A stretch of 55,640 bases of DNA, counting the filler, from Basidioascus undulatus (taxonomy: Eukaryota), in assembly GCA_000826855.1 (NCBI GenBank). It is 3 parts of 3 records of this genome, joined end to end, with 100 filler letters (N's around TTAATTAATTAA, not from the genome) between each part and the next. Parts side by side here need not be neighbours in the genome. Positions count along the whole stretch, not along the records: positions 11,910 to 43,749 come from JTLS01000098.1; positions 43,850 to 55,640 come from JTLS01000979.1; 1 more part is not named here. One strand, written 5' to 3'. Positions 36,480 to 48,266 of this stretch are shown piece after piece (the first letter of the stretch is position 1; each line of letters starts with the position of its first letter). Position numbers and translations under genes: made by a program. The notes beneath the pieces are model-generated. The model was not told the origin of the DNA. It made no database searches and saw only the letters and a list, made by a program, of their open reading frames with translations.

Positions 36480-38900
36480 TAAGCGGAGCGAGAGGGTATT
36501 ACCTCTGGGTCATCTTGGTGAAGCAGCGCGTTCTTCACCGTCGCCTGCCCATACTCCTCCCAGCTGCGACAGGTTCAGGCAACTGGAATAATACCTAGTC
36601 TTCCACTGAGATATTATTGCATCTTACGTGGTGAGATTTGGGTTCTACAAGGCAGGACCTGCGGTCAGCAGAGTTTCGGCTGGGGCGACGACCTCCCGAG
36701 GAAACCTTACCGAATACGCCTCGGCGTAAAGATCGATGCTACGCACACCAGTGGCATAAGGAAACTTGGTTACACAATTGAGTCTGACTCCTAATACTCA
36801 GTATTCTGCTGTCGAGTAGGATTACAATATCACCTGTCGCTCTAAACTGTTGGAATCGGAAAAGCATGCCAGCTAAACCTCAAAAATGAAGTTGCAAGCT
36901 GGCCTTACACGTCGATCTTCGGAGCGCTGCCTGCAACCCAGGTATCCTCCTATGGCAGCAGCTCAGCCAATCACGGGGATAGGAAACTTTAGGCAATATG
37001 CAGACTTACCGAGTGTTTGGGACCTGGATGGATCTTGTTGTCGCAGGTGCATCGTGAGAGCCGCTGGCCGGGCGTGTAACTCAGCGGCCGCCTTCTAAAT
37101 CGGTATCGCGTGCTGCGGCAGGATATCCTGCAGAGGTCGGCTGAGTTTTCCAAGCTACCAGAGCTCAAAGAGCGGTCGTCAACGCACACCCTAACGTTTG
37201 GTTCGGAAGCGTCTGCAGTCAAATGAGGCACATCAGGGCTCAGCACAAACGTTTGCCCGTGTGACGCACGCCGACATCGCAGGAATCCGTGCTCAATCTG
37301 TGAGTGCAAGTAGAAGCGGACTATTGGACCCCAATCTTCTTGTATGAGTACGGCCTGGAGTTTCACAAGTGAGCGCGGCTGCCGACCAATGATGGACTGA
37401 GAAAGCGGACGCACCACATGCCGTCAAGCGAAGCACCGTAGCCAGCACCTCCGAGGTTCTGCTATGTTTACGTTATCCCTTGGTATCATATTTACCCTGT
37501 GCAGGTTGTTACTTGCCTCCAGCAGCCCAAAAGGCGCTCCTACTGAATTGACCATGCTCGTTGCACAATCAGCGATTGCCAGCACATTCCGAAATCGATG
37601 AAGGAACGTACAGAGCTGCGTTACCCGTCAGGAGACGTAGCATGAGTCATTATAATTTGAACCTATGGTAATAGTCGAGACGCACCCCCCAGACGTCTGA
37701 ACGTTCAGGCAATGTTAATGCTGGCGGAAAGAAACCTAGGCAAGCCCACGGTCAGTGAGGTTGACAGCGGTAGAACCACCCCTGCTTACCCTCCCGTCTG
37801 TATTATTTCATGCGAGGCATCAGCTCAAGCTCACTGAGCCAGAAGACATCCTACTCACGAAGCAGAATTTGTTCTAAGTCGTCAGCATCCCACCGTGGTG
37901 CACGGAGATCAGTTTGAATCCGGAAGTTGAGTTGAACATTTGAGCCTGCCTCGTAGTCGCATTATGCGACTGCACTTCGTCCAAAAAGATACATAACGAC
38001 CCCCCAGACGTAGTGACTTGTCGAGGGGAGTGCCACTGTGAAGAAAGGGCCTGTTATTCGGTACTCGCCCGCCCACACAAGGGGACTGCTTACCTCCAAG
38101 TTGTTCGTGCCCCTTTTGGACACTGTCTTAAGCGAGTCGATTCACAGCATCAATGGATCTCAAATTCCTACCAGTAGGACAAGTCCACCTGCTTCCTCCG
38201 CTATCAGCTGACGGTTGTCGTCCATTAAGAACAAGGATATCGATAGATGCCACACCACTTCCCAGTAAGGATCGTCGCCTGGCCAAAAGGTCCGTCCGTT
38301 CGTGTTAAATTCGTCCGAGAATACTAGCTCACGGTTGTATAGTGCAACGATCAATCCCGACAAATTGAGGAGAGGAACGGGAACATCGCCGCCCAATTGG
38401 TCCCCATTCAAACCTATGCGAGTCTTGGCTTCTTCAGGTGTGTCCAGGTCAATCAGGCCCTGCAGTCGGCCCATAGACTAAGAAACCATTTTGAAAGCAG
38501 TGGGGGATATAAAAAAGACCAACGCGTCCCGACAACAGATACGGCACCTGCCCTGAGGCATTGACTGCACCGAGGTTGACTGCCGGGTGGAGCGTACGTG
38601 CCTAATGATAGGACAGCCCACACTGCGTCGCCCAGGAGATTGTTAGATAAGGTACATGATGAAGAAAACATCAACTGACAATAAGGTAACGAGAGCCGTC
38701 ACCAAAACTCCGAGGCAGCCCAAGTTCAGCAGTCGACGCCGGGTGAAGATCGAGCCTGCCTGGTCGCTTGTCCTGCTTTTCCCGCCCCTCTAAGAACTGG
38801 AGACACAATATGGGATAACGTGCATATTCACCTATCCCTCTTTGGATCCGGGTTACTGGGGTACAGGCGAAGCTCCCATCAGCCTTCGGATCTTGGCCAC
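36480..38900 (-). pseudogene. KRE6: KRE6/SKN1 (GH16-like beta-glucan synthesis-associated) pseudogene; boundaries approximate
   Basis: Colinear fragments [92 protein letters not shown]...KNAL. Frameshifts near 37960 and 37715, and the central part is badly eroded. Confidence 0.85.
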
Positions 38901-40599
38901 CAGTGTAATTCATGGACGCTTACTGCAAAACATCGTCCTCTGGCTCGTCCAAGCCTCCTCCCCAATCTGAAGGGTGCGAGCTGTTTCGAGATAGACTCTG
39001 GACAATCGTGGCTGAGCCAAGCTCCTAAAACCGACTCACCTCATCGCAAATTTCTCAGACGCAGTGTGCGCGCCGAGCAAAGGCCAGTCGTTCGACGTCT
39101 GCTGCTGCGGCGATACGGCTCGGAAAGGCGCATTGATACGGTAGCGTGAGAAGTATGAGATTCTGTGTCGAAAGCATTAGAGTGTGATGATGGTTAAGGG
39201 AAAAGTGAAGACGGCTGGCAGGCTGCAAGTTCAACTTGGGTGGTCGGCTGCTTGTATTGGGACGCCCCCTCACTGAAACAGCGCTGTCTCATGTATTGAC
39301 CCTACTTCAAAGGGGCTTGCTTCCGTGCAGATGTACGCAGCCAATTGTAGCAAGCAGTCAGTGGCGGCCCAAAGCCAAAGAAGACATTACGGTGTTTGTT
39401 CGATGCGGGGCGCGCAGGGATTCGGTGGTTGTTCGATTCGCTGGCCACCGAAGTGGCCGCGGCCCTCATCGCCACCGTTTGCACCAGCCTCAACTAATGA
39501 TAGAAGATCTGTGTTGACGGATGTTAATTGCTCACCGTACTCACGAGGCGACGTGAAGAATAAGATGGTGTTCGAGTCGCACAAATCGCAGCGGTCAGCC
39601 ATGAGGGATCTGTGAACGCCACTCAATCGCGATATGGCAGGGATTACTGTAACATGGACTTCAGTCAATATAGTATATTCATATCGCTGCTTCAGAAACA
39701 CCATACATTGCGTGTAGCCAATAGCTATCAGCGAAAATCGCGGAGAAACGAGCAAGAACCCCTCCGACGGAGCGATGAGTGCTGACGCCCACTCTACAGC
39801 GCAGCACGCACTGTATACCGCCGCGATCCATTTTGTGGAAGTCCGTACGTCTACCACTTTGCAACGCTTTGTGTGTTGCATTGTCAGATTTTGCCTAGTT
39901 GCTCTGCTGCTTAATTCTCGCGCTTTTCAATGGGCGCTCCAGTACAGTCAACCAGGCTGTGTTTCCCTTTGTTAATTTCTTAGTAGATACAGTCCATGCG
40001 ACCTCCTGCTAGCGAAAGGCTGCTGAAATTGTTAGGAGCCTCGGACGGTGGGCGGCCACGATCGGCTTGTTTAGTTTGCAACGGCTTTCGGCAGGAAAAC
40101 CTGAGGGCTTCCCAAGACAGGTGGCCATATTTCAATACCAGCCAAATTGTAGCCAATGTCAGGCCAGAGGCACATACTCACGATGAGAAACAGGAACAAC
40201 TTGGAACGGCGGTGTCAGTGAGACTGACATGCGGTTGGTGCGCGACGAGGACGAGATCGGCAAATAAAAAAATCCCCGCATTACCCTGCCGTCATTTCAG
40301 CAAGAGGCTCTTACAGCAGATAATCAAAATCAAGGTCGACATGTATGTACGCAGCCTACCAGGAAAAATTTCAAGCCAGAAAGATGATGCGCTGCTGCGC
40401 TGCGCTCACAGCTCAGCGCTGTTCCGTCGACAAGCCGGCCGTCGCGTCCCCTTCAACCTTCAACCACCACCTCCTTCCTTGCTCTTCGTCGCCAATTCTG
40501 AGCCCTGCTTGCACCTTTCGCGCCGCCGTTTCGAATTGTAGCATGCTCTCGCAGTCAATACTATCAGTCGACTCTTCCGCAGCAGCAGCGGCAATTCAG

Positions 40600-40840
40600 C
40601 TTATTGTACGGGTCAAGATCGATATCGTTGATGGGTCCGAGCGCCGAGCACGTCGAGGAGCATCCCCGAAAGCCGCTCTCCGTTCGCTCCGTGCTCGATA
40701 TCCGACGTCACTCACGCGCACTGACTCACTATGTCTCACGTACATCATGGAGCCCGCGAGCCAATGATTTGTGCGCTTGCGGTATACGGTTTCATAAGGT
40801 TTCATCTTCACTTCGGGCCTTCTTCGTCGTATACCGTACG
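40600..40840 (+). pseudogene. Possible relic of a fungal integral membrane protein gene
   Basis: One frame reads Q*FVRLRYTVS*GFIFTSGLL, with stops (TGA, TAA) where Trp would fit a W...SWxFIFTSGLL membrane motif recalled from fungal hypothetical proteins. Confidence 0.3.
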
Positions 40841-41151
40841 TCCACGCGCCAGCTGGCCGAAGTGCCTCTCTTAACTGAGCGGCTTATGAGCGTGCCTGAT
40901 CTGCGCTCCGCTTCACATTTCTATTCGCTTGTCGCATGCGCCAACCTCTCTCGCACATCGCTATCGGAGGGCGGACTTGCAGTTTCAGCCTCCGTCCTTC
41001 TTTCCCTTCCTTCTTGCCATGCGCTCCCTGGGGGATGCCGCCCTTCACTCTTCATTACTTGCCGAGCCTTTTCATTCTTTCACCCCCCCCGGCTCTCTTC
41101 TCGGGCCGGTCCCCTCACTACCTCATCGCTGTGCCTTGCTTGGTGGACACC

Positions 41152-41689
41152 ATGGCCCTGTTCGGTCTCGCTTGCCTGAAGAACACGAGCGCACCTCCTC
41201 GCTCCGAAACTTCGCACGTCCACGCACCTGCGCCGCCAGATCGCACTGACAGCATGCCGACCGACTCCCATCACCCTTCTTGCCTGCGGCGTTCTCTGTC
41301 TCACTCCGCCGTCTCACCACATCCTCCCTCGCTCGCCGTCCATCGTTGACTCCGACAACCAGCATCCGCATCCGCGAACGCCTCCTCTCCTTCCCCTCTT
41401 GCTGTCGGCCTCTCCGACTGCAATGTTCACCGCGCCCAGCGAAGAGCATGCGGAAGAGCCGTCGTTCCGCCTGCCTGATTCCCCCGTCCCGCACCACCAC
41501 CGTCGCTCGGTCTCCGACACCGAGGCATGGCCGCACCATCTTTATCAGCCGCGGCGGGCCACGCTCTCCGGTCCCGACGCGGTCGAGGGCGCAACTGAGT
41601 GATGGTCGCTCAACGAGAAGGCCTCGCCGTCGCTGATTTCGCCGTCGCTGATTTCGAGGGTTCGACACCGGCGAAGCGGAACGGAGGAC
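41152..41689 (+). pseudogene. Disrupted Ser/Pro/His-rich coding-like segment
   Basis: ATG after a C/T-rich leader and coding-like composition (HHRRSVSDTE, RHRRSGTED|gtgagt), but with internal stops at 41347 and 41600, a frame change, and a 15-bp tandem duplication at 41624-41653. Confidence 0.3.
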
Positions 41690-42135
41690 GTGAGTACTGT
41701 GTGACTCACAGATCGTACCGAGCTGAAACTGGCGCTTGACTTTAGGCGCATGAGATATGCACTTGGCGCTCGCCCCCGCGTGGACTGCTGAGGACCGCGA
41801 CTGAACCCACGCTCGTTTTCTTGGCTCGCATTTGAACAGAGCATGGAGTTGCTTCTGCTTTTCCTGTATGTACACGTCGTCAGCGCGTTCCAGATGCATA
41901 TGCGCATGCCCACCCTCGCCTGCGCCTTTGAGCAAGCTTGACCTCTGGATGGTCGTCGTGCACTGAAATCGCAGCACACTATGTGAAATATGCAATGCAG
42001 TGTCCGTGTCAATTGATAACAAAGCGATGCTAACAGTACAAGTGAGCAAGAAGTCAAGAAATCAACAGGTAACGATGAAGAGCCAAGACGAAGAATAGCA
42101 GAATAGACAGCAGCGACCGAGGCCTTCGCTCGAAC

Positions 42136-43749
42136 TCAGACCTCGACATACTTTGCCAGCGCGTACGTATGCAAGACAGCGGTGGCGTCCGAGTCGCGCA
42201 GGTTGACCATCCACTCGTCGTCGTCGTTGGAGAGGAGCGTCGCGACCTGGCCCTTGTACTCGCCCTCGAGGATGACGACCTCGTCGTTCTTGTCCGGCCC
42301 GCCGTCCGCGCCGGGGTGGATTGGCTCGATCCACGCGACGGCGATCGTGCGTTCCTGGCCGTCCTGGAGCACGCGCACTCTCGCCGTGCCCTGGTCGCCG
42401 CCTTGGTCGTTCCCGCTCAGCAGCGCGGCGTGTGCCTTGTCGTACTTGCCGCCCTCAAACTGCCCAATCGACTCGATGACGACCTCGACGCCCTTAACGC
42501 TGACGAACCAATCGCGTTTGGGACCTGCAGGTTACAATATCGTCAGCTCGCTGCGAACAAGAACAACGAAAATAGCGGGTGTACCAATGCGGTCGACCGC
42601 GGCTGCCTGGTGATGGTACGCGCCGACGCCAGGTGTATGAGGCGTTGCAGCTGCAGGGCGAAAAAGAACAAAGCGTGAGCAACGTTTCTCGGCAATACTG
42701 CATCGAGTGTACGAACCAGCACCACCATACGGCGTCGCCGCCGAGTCGTAGCCAGGTCCCGGCGTCGACGCAGCGTACGGCGTGGCTCCGAACCCGCCAG
42801 GCGTCGGCGCACCGTACGGAGCGGGCGTGGGCGCTCCGTACGGGCCCGCTCCTGGCGTCGGAGCGCCGCCGTACGCGGTGGGGGTCGGCGCGCTGCCACC
42901 GTAAGGCGTCGGTGCACTGCCGTACACGCCTGGAGTTGGGGCGCTGTAGGGCCCGGCCTGCAGTCGAAAGTCAGCACATGGATAGACCAGTGAAGGCGGC
43001 GGGGAGGACATACAGCAGGCGTCGGCGCAGAGTCGGGGAGGGTCGACTGTCGCGCCAGGACAATGTCAGTTAACACGCCAGCCTTCTTGCTCAAGGAAGA
43101 ATGAGAACGCACAGGTCCAGAGTCCTCGTCGATATCCTGGACGTTGACCTTGACGTCCTCGTCCTCCGCGGGTCGTGGTGTGTAGCCCGGCGTCGCGCCG
43201 CCCCACGCAGACGTCAGCTGACGCGGATCGCGCGGCGCCTGCCACGCGGGTGTTGCGCCGCCCTGCATCGGCGGCCTACGGACCGACGCGCCGCCCCACG
43301 CGGGCGTCGCGCCCCCGCGGCCTGCACCGGCGGTGTAGGGGTTAGGCGTGCGGCCGACGGGAGGGCCACCGGGGGTCTTGCCGCCTGATAAAGACGATGG
43401 ATATTGATCAGTATCTGACCGGCTTCAGCACTGCAGTTCCGCCCAGACGCTTACCTGCATTCCAAGGGTCGTCGCCGCCGTCCGCCGGCTGGGCAGCAGG
43501 AGTTCGACCACCTGATCACCATACGTTCAGCTCCGCCTGCAAACAATCAAAACGAATCCCGCAATACTCACCCGCTCCCCATCCGCCAGCAGCAGGCGTT
43601 TTGGACCCGGCGCCCCATCCGCCCGCAGCGGGCGTGGCGCCACCAGCGTACGGGTTCGGCGTCTTGGTCGCGGCGCCCCATCCGCTCGCGGCTGGCGTGC
43701 GGCCTCCGGCGGCGAACGGCGTCCGCCCGCCATCCGCCTGCCACGGCGT
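42136..43749 (-). CDS. SPT5: Transcription elongation factor Spt5, 3' part (CTR repeats and terminal KOW domains); truncated by the contig end
   Basis: GGRTP/GSKTP/GGATPAW repeats, then YGAPTP repeats, then KOW-like exon(s) ending DKNDEVVILEGEYKGQVATLLSNDDDEWMVNL...LAKYVEV*. Confidence 0.9.
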
Positions 43750-43849
43750 NNNNNNNNNNNNNNNNNNNNNNNNNNNNNNNNNNNNNNNNNNNNTTAATTA
43801 ATTAANNNNNNNNNNNNNNNNNNNNNNNNNNNNNNNNNNNNNNNNNNNN
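43750..43849. other. Artificial contig linker (44 N + TTAATTAATTAA + 44 N)
   Basis: Identical to the linker at 11810-11909. Confidence 0.97.
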
Positions 43850-44200
43850 GGCTTCCACCCAGACCCTGTGAGCGTCCTCGAGCATGGGCTGGCGCTCCCG
43901 CACCTTGCCTGCCCATACCCATGCAATGGGGCCCCCATACTCGAGAAGAGGGCGGATGAATGTCCTGTAGATGGTAAGCCGTTTGCGTGGGGCCCAGAGT
44001 CCGCCCTTGGCCTGGCAGAAGCGGAGGAGACCCTCCGTCTGCGCGGTTGCATTGGCATAAACGCTACCCATTCTGCGCCTCCACCCGACGAGGGATATGG
44101 AAGTACGTGTAAGACGGGACATGAGGGAGGGGCGTACCGTACAGGGGAGACAACACTGCACTTGGCGATGTTGAACCGCATCCCATGCGCCTCGGCCAGT
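43850..44200 (-). mobile_element. Non-LTR (LINE) retrotransposon reverse transcriptase fragment, frameshifted
   Basis: AHGMRFNIAKCSVV (RT motif 6-like), VPSYTY (YxYLG-like, different frame) and KRLTIYRTFIRPLLEYG (LINE thumb motif). It runs into the contig end. Confidence 0.82.
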
Positions 44201-44229
44201 CGCGCTGATGACATGATATTTACTTGAGT

Positions 44230-45904
44230 TGTCACCGACACCACTGGTGGGGTGGGGGATCTGTTCTTCGGGTACGGGTGCGAAGAGGTACAAGGGTAAG
44301 GATGCTCGTGGCTTGTCCCTTACGATGATGCTGACTTGCGAGTGTCTTCTCTCTCGTAGTTCTGTTGATGTTGAGGCCCGCACGCCTTACCAGATTGACT
44401 TGCGCTTTGCAACGGCCATGGCAGCTGGAGGTGCTACGCTCTTCATTGGCCATGGGGCGTAAGTGCCACGTAATATGCAGCACACCTGAATGCTGACAGA
44501 GTTACCCGTTTGCACTAGCCTTCGGTTTGGCGCGACCCCAGCTTTTCCAAACCAGACGGAATTGCAGCGGCTGCCGCACTGGCCCGCGAGGCTGATGCAG
44601 CAGTTGTTGTCGTTGGATTGAACCACGGTAGGCTGAGCAATGTGACCAGTAGTTTGACCGTTTAGCACCCAATATTTACACCCTTTATCTCAATACAGCT
44701 AGAATCTGAGGGTAGGCACGGCCAGATCGCACACGTAAGCTCTTGAAGATTAGCAGAGCTAACCCTGTCTTCACGTTAACGATCCATTATAGGCTTCGAC
44801 CGCAACACCCTCGACTTGCCCGAGAATGTGAACGCACTCGTTCAACCCGTGCTTGCTGCGAGCTCTCGCACGGCAGTCGTCGTCCACTCCAGCTCCAGCG
44901 TCACTCACCATGCGATAGATCGACGAGGCACCGGCAGTCGTGCAGAGCTTGTACGGCGGAAATGAGGTGAAGTCCAGTTCACGTATCTGCCTCGCTTGCA
45001 TTCTGTACTAAAGCTCATGGGATTATCACTGCGGTACAGGCTGGCCATGGTCTGGCTGATACGCTATTTAACCTGCGTGGTCCAAGGGGCCAAGGTGGAA
45101 TGCTCTCATGTCTCTCAGTATGGGAGCCATCCTGCTCATTCAGTCGTGCCGTTTGGAGCAGCTCCCCCTTTCCTTCCCTCAGCAGCTCGTGGATGTGCCG
45201 TCCCACTTCGACTTGTGAGTGCATGTCTTCGAAACCCAAATAATGATCTTGACTTTATGGCTGAGCTGACCTCACTTATCACTAATCTGCGTCCAGCCTG
45301 GGAGAGAGGGGAAAGGTACTCTGTGCCGAGGGAGTCTACGTTGGTTACCGTCATGTCAGCTCTCCCCGTACCCTGCTCCGGAATGTGCGTGTCTAACGGT
45401 ATATCTTCTAGTACGCAACTACTGGCCAGGAAGTACTTTTTCTGTTCAGGCCTCACATACTCTGCAATCAAGTACGATTAAGCTCAAGTCTGGCCGAGGC
45501 TCACCAATGCAACAAACGGTGCCAAGGTCTTGGTGGTAATCATCAACATTGACAAACGTGCTGCTCGAGAGTAGGTCTTTCCTATTGTAAGTAAACAGTC
45601 CGGCCCTGACTTGATGCCGCGGAATTACAGGACCGTCCAGATCTACGTACATGCGCACCAGCCGTCAATCTCGCGCCCTACACGTGTGCTGGAGGGGTTG
45701 ACAAAGACCGCGACGCTGTATCCCGCGAGAGCGAGACGGTCCACGTCACACATGATCGCAACGCCTCGCCTACTGGGATAAGCATAAAAGTCACTGGGTT
45801 GCTGACCCAGGCCGCTATGAGATCCAGGTCGCAGCGAGCTCAGTGAACGTCAGGCTCACGCAGGAGCTGGAGCTGAAGCGGACAGAGACTTGGCTGGCCT
45901 GTGA
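44230..45904 (+). pseudogene. GH3 beta-glucosidase pseudogene (PA14 end, C-terminal and Fn3-like domains)
   Basis: AAALAREADAAVVVVGLNH, ESEG|FDRNTLDLP, AVVQSLYGGNE|AGHGLAD, GLTYSAIKY, VIINIDKRAARE, QIYV...RPTRVLEGLTK, YWDKHKSHWVADPGRYEIQVAASS. Spread over several frames with stops. Confidence 0.88.
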
Positions 45905-47489
45905 TCTCTACCATCTCGCCCTCATGAACATTGGCCAGAATATTTTCCTCGGCTTGGCGTATATGAGAGGCGTGGTTTGAGGATCAGAAGAAGCGATCCA
46001 GAGCAGCCAGCACGGTTGTCATTGGACATCCAAATGCTGGCCTTGGCATTACATGAGTGTCGAGCAGATCCGTGAAAGGTCGCATGGTCCTCAAAGCAGC
46101 CTTGACACAACGACTGGTTATGCAACGTGTTGCTTTAAGTGGTCTAGAGTGTGCCTTGGTGGCGTTCTGTGTTATAGGGAGCGAGCGATGAGCGGGGTCA
46201 TCACACTCAGCCGGCGAGTTGGCGCTGCGCTGTCAAGCTGTCAGTGCGCCCGGCCGAAGCTCATTTTCACTCCAGACTTCCCTTGCTTGCCCTTCCTTAA
46301 CTTCCCGGACTTGAAAGGTGTCTCCAAGCCGGTTAATTTCCTCCCCATCTACGTTCTCGTGTGCAACCCGCGTATACCCGCGCCTCCGGGTGTTCACCGA
46401 AAGGCAGGCACTGTTCATTTGCTCGTCGCCCCCCTTCCGGCACCTTCTGGCATCTCACGCATTGAAAGTGAAGTTGGGGTAAAAGATGTAACTATAGTTA
46501 AGGTAAGATTGCATTTGGTAGGTGGACAGTACACAAGCGGACGAGAACGAGCACCCGAGCAGCGACAGCATAAGTGCAACATCACCTTGGTTGTTCATTC
46601 ACTGGCCTCTCCCGATCTGATAAAGCTCATGCAAAAATTAAATAAGTCCCCTTTTTCAAACACAGCCGGTATAGATGCCAGACCCCTAAGGCCGAGGGAC
46701 GCTGCCTGGCACCGCAAAACAGCCAACCAATTCAAGAACATAAACACACACGCACACGACGGGAAATGGAGCTGTAGGCTTGTTGCAGTTAGGCAAGGTT
46801 CCTCTGGAACTTATCTGCTACCCGAATCTGGAACATGGCAATGCGGGGGCCTTCTATCAAGAGGCTCATGTCGTAACCATCTGGGCGTGTCAATCTGCAG
46901 CCCATGCAGAATCAGAAAAGGCAAAGGACAGAGTTTCTGCTGAGGGCCTCCGTGAAGTTTGCCTGTGATGGTCCGATCAAAGTCTTTCCTAAAGGAAGAT
47001 TCAAGGTCTTGGGCAGGCTGAAGGGGGTGGTCTCCCTGCACACTTGGGTCCTAGGCCGCTGACAGGCGATTTCGAGGACTCCAGGGACCCTCACGGCCGT
47101 TGTCTCTTGAGTTTGTCTATCAGTATAGTGATCCAGTTACAAAGGCGTCCGCCTGTGATAAATGCACTGACACTACTGCAACATTGCCGTGGCAGCCTCG
47201 CTCATTCTCACGCAGTGTCTTTCGTGTAGGTCTGCGTGTTACAACGTGATAGGTGAGGGTGCTAATTAAACGGCTCAGGATTACTCAAGAGCACTTTAAT
47301 CAAAATTTTCATGCCCACCTCAACGTTTAACTTGTCCCACTGCGCGAAAGAAAGTGCGGCAGCTTTACGTCCTGTAGTCGTTCTTGCTCATGCAACACAC
47401 AACCCATTTTCGCCTCCGCATTTGCCTCGCTCAAGCCTCTCTAGCTTTCTTCCAAGCAAGAAAGGGTAACAAGATATAAGCAGTTAGTG

Positions 47490-48266
47490 CTATCTATTGC
47501 GACGAGCGTCCGCACGAGCAGCTTGAATGGCGAGTCGCTTCCCTCGGCCTCGTACGTTGCCCGGTTCTTTGCTGAAGACGAAAACACAAATCAGCCCACG
47601 ACCCCGGGCCGGATCTGCATGCGACGCACCGGTCAGTACACCACCCAGAGCTATCTGAACCTGCTTGTGTTGCTCGCTTGCCTCGCGGCCGTCCGTCTGC
47701 TGCAGCTTGAGGAAGCGAAGCTTCATGCGCTGCCACGCTTCCTCGATGACCTCGTCCTCCACTGTGCCTAAACGCACCTTATACGCCAGGCAGGGAAGAG
47801 CGTATACGCCCTCGTGGGCATGCAAAGGCGGTGCGGACGCAGGCGCGGGCGCAGTCGGGGCAGCGAAAGAGCCGCGGGGCGGACCTTCGAGCGGCGAGCG
47901 CGGAGGGGACCGCGCCCGGAGATTTCGTTTCGGGGTGGTGCGGGACTTTGGCTCGAGAGCGGGCTTGGGGGGGAGTGAGGATACGGTGGAGGAGGAGGAA
48001 GCTGGTGGGGAGCTGGCGGGAGTCAGCGGACGCGGAGGTTCGCCGCTATCAAGCGTTCGCGCTCTATTTCCTCCGCTCTCTTCTTCATCTTCTCCTTCTT
48101 GTTGGTGTGGCGCTTCTTGGACCTTGAGCGCGCAAGCAGGGCCGCCCCAGCTGGTTCGGCGACTTCCGCTGCTATTTCTGCGACTTCGATGAAGTCGAGG
48201 AAGGAGCGGCGCTGGATTTGATATGCACATGGTGAAGCGATCGAGGGTCAGTTTGGGCGAAGACAT
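47490..48266 (-). pseudogene. Decayed paralog: Pro/Ser-rich region plus HPD-less J-domain-like C-terminus
   Basis: HEGVYALPCL...EDEVIEEAWQRMKLRFLKLQQTDGREASEQHKQVQIALGGVLT|AKNRATYEAEG. Clearly homologous to 50406-50745, with the same phase-1 intron and a 1-nt deletion in the last exon near 47541. Confidence 0.65.

Noticed and set aside
41123..42049. 308-aa minus-strand ORF
   Set aside because: Overlaps the SPT5 3' region and the antisense of GC-rich coding-like DNA; likely a shadow ORF.
46053..46943. 296-aa plus-strand ORF
   Set aside because: Lacks the GC3 bias and intron structure of real genes here and has no recognisable motif.
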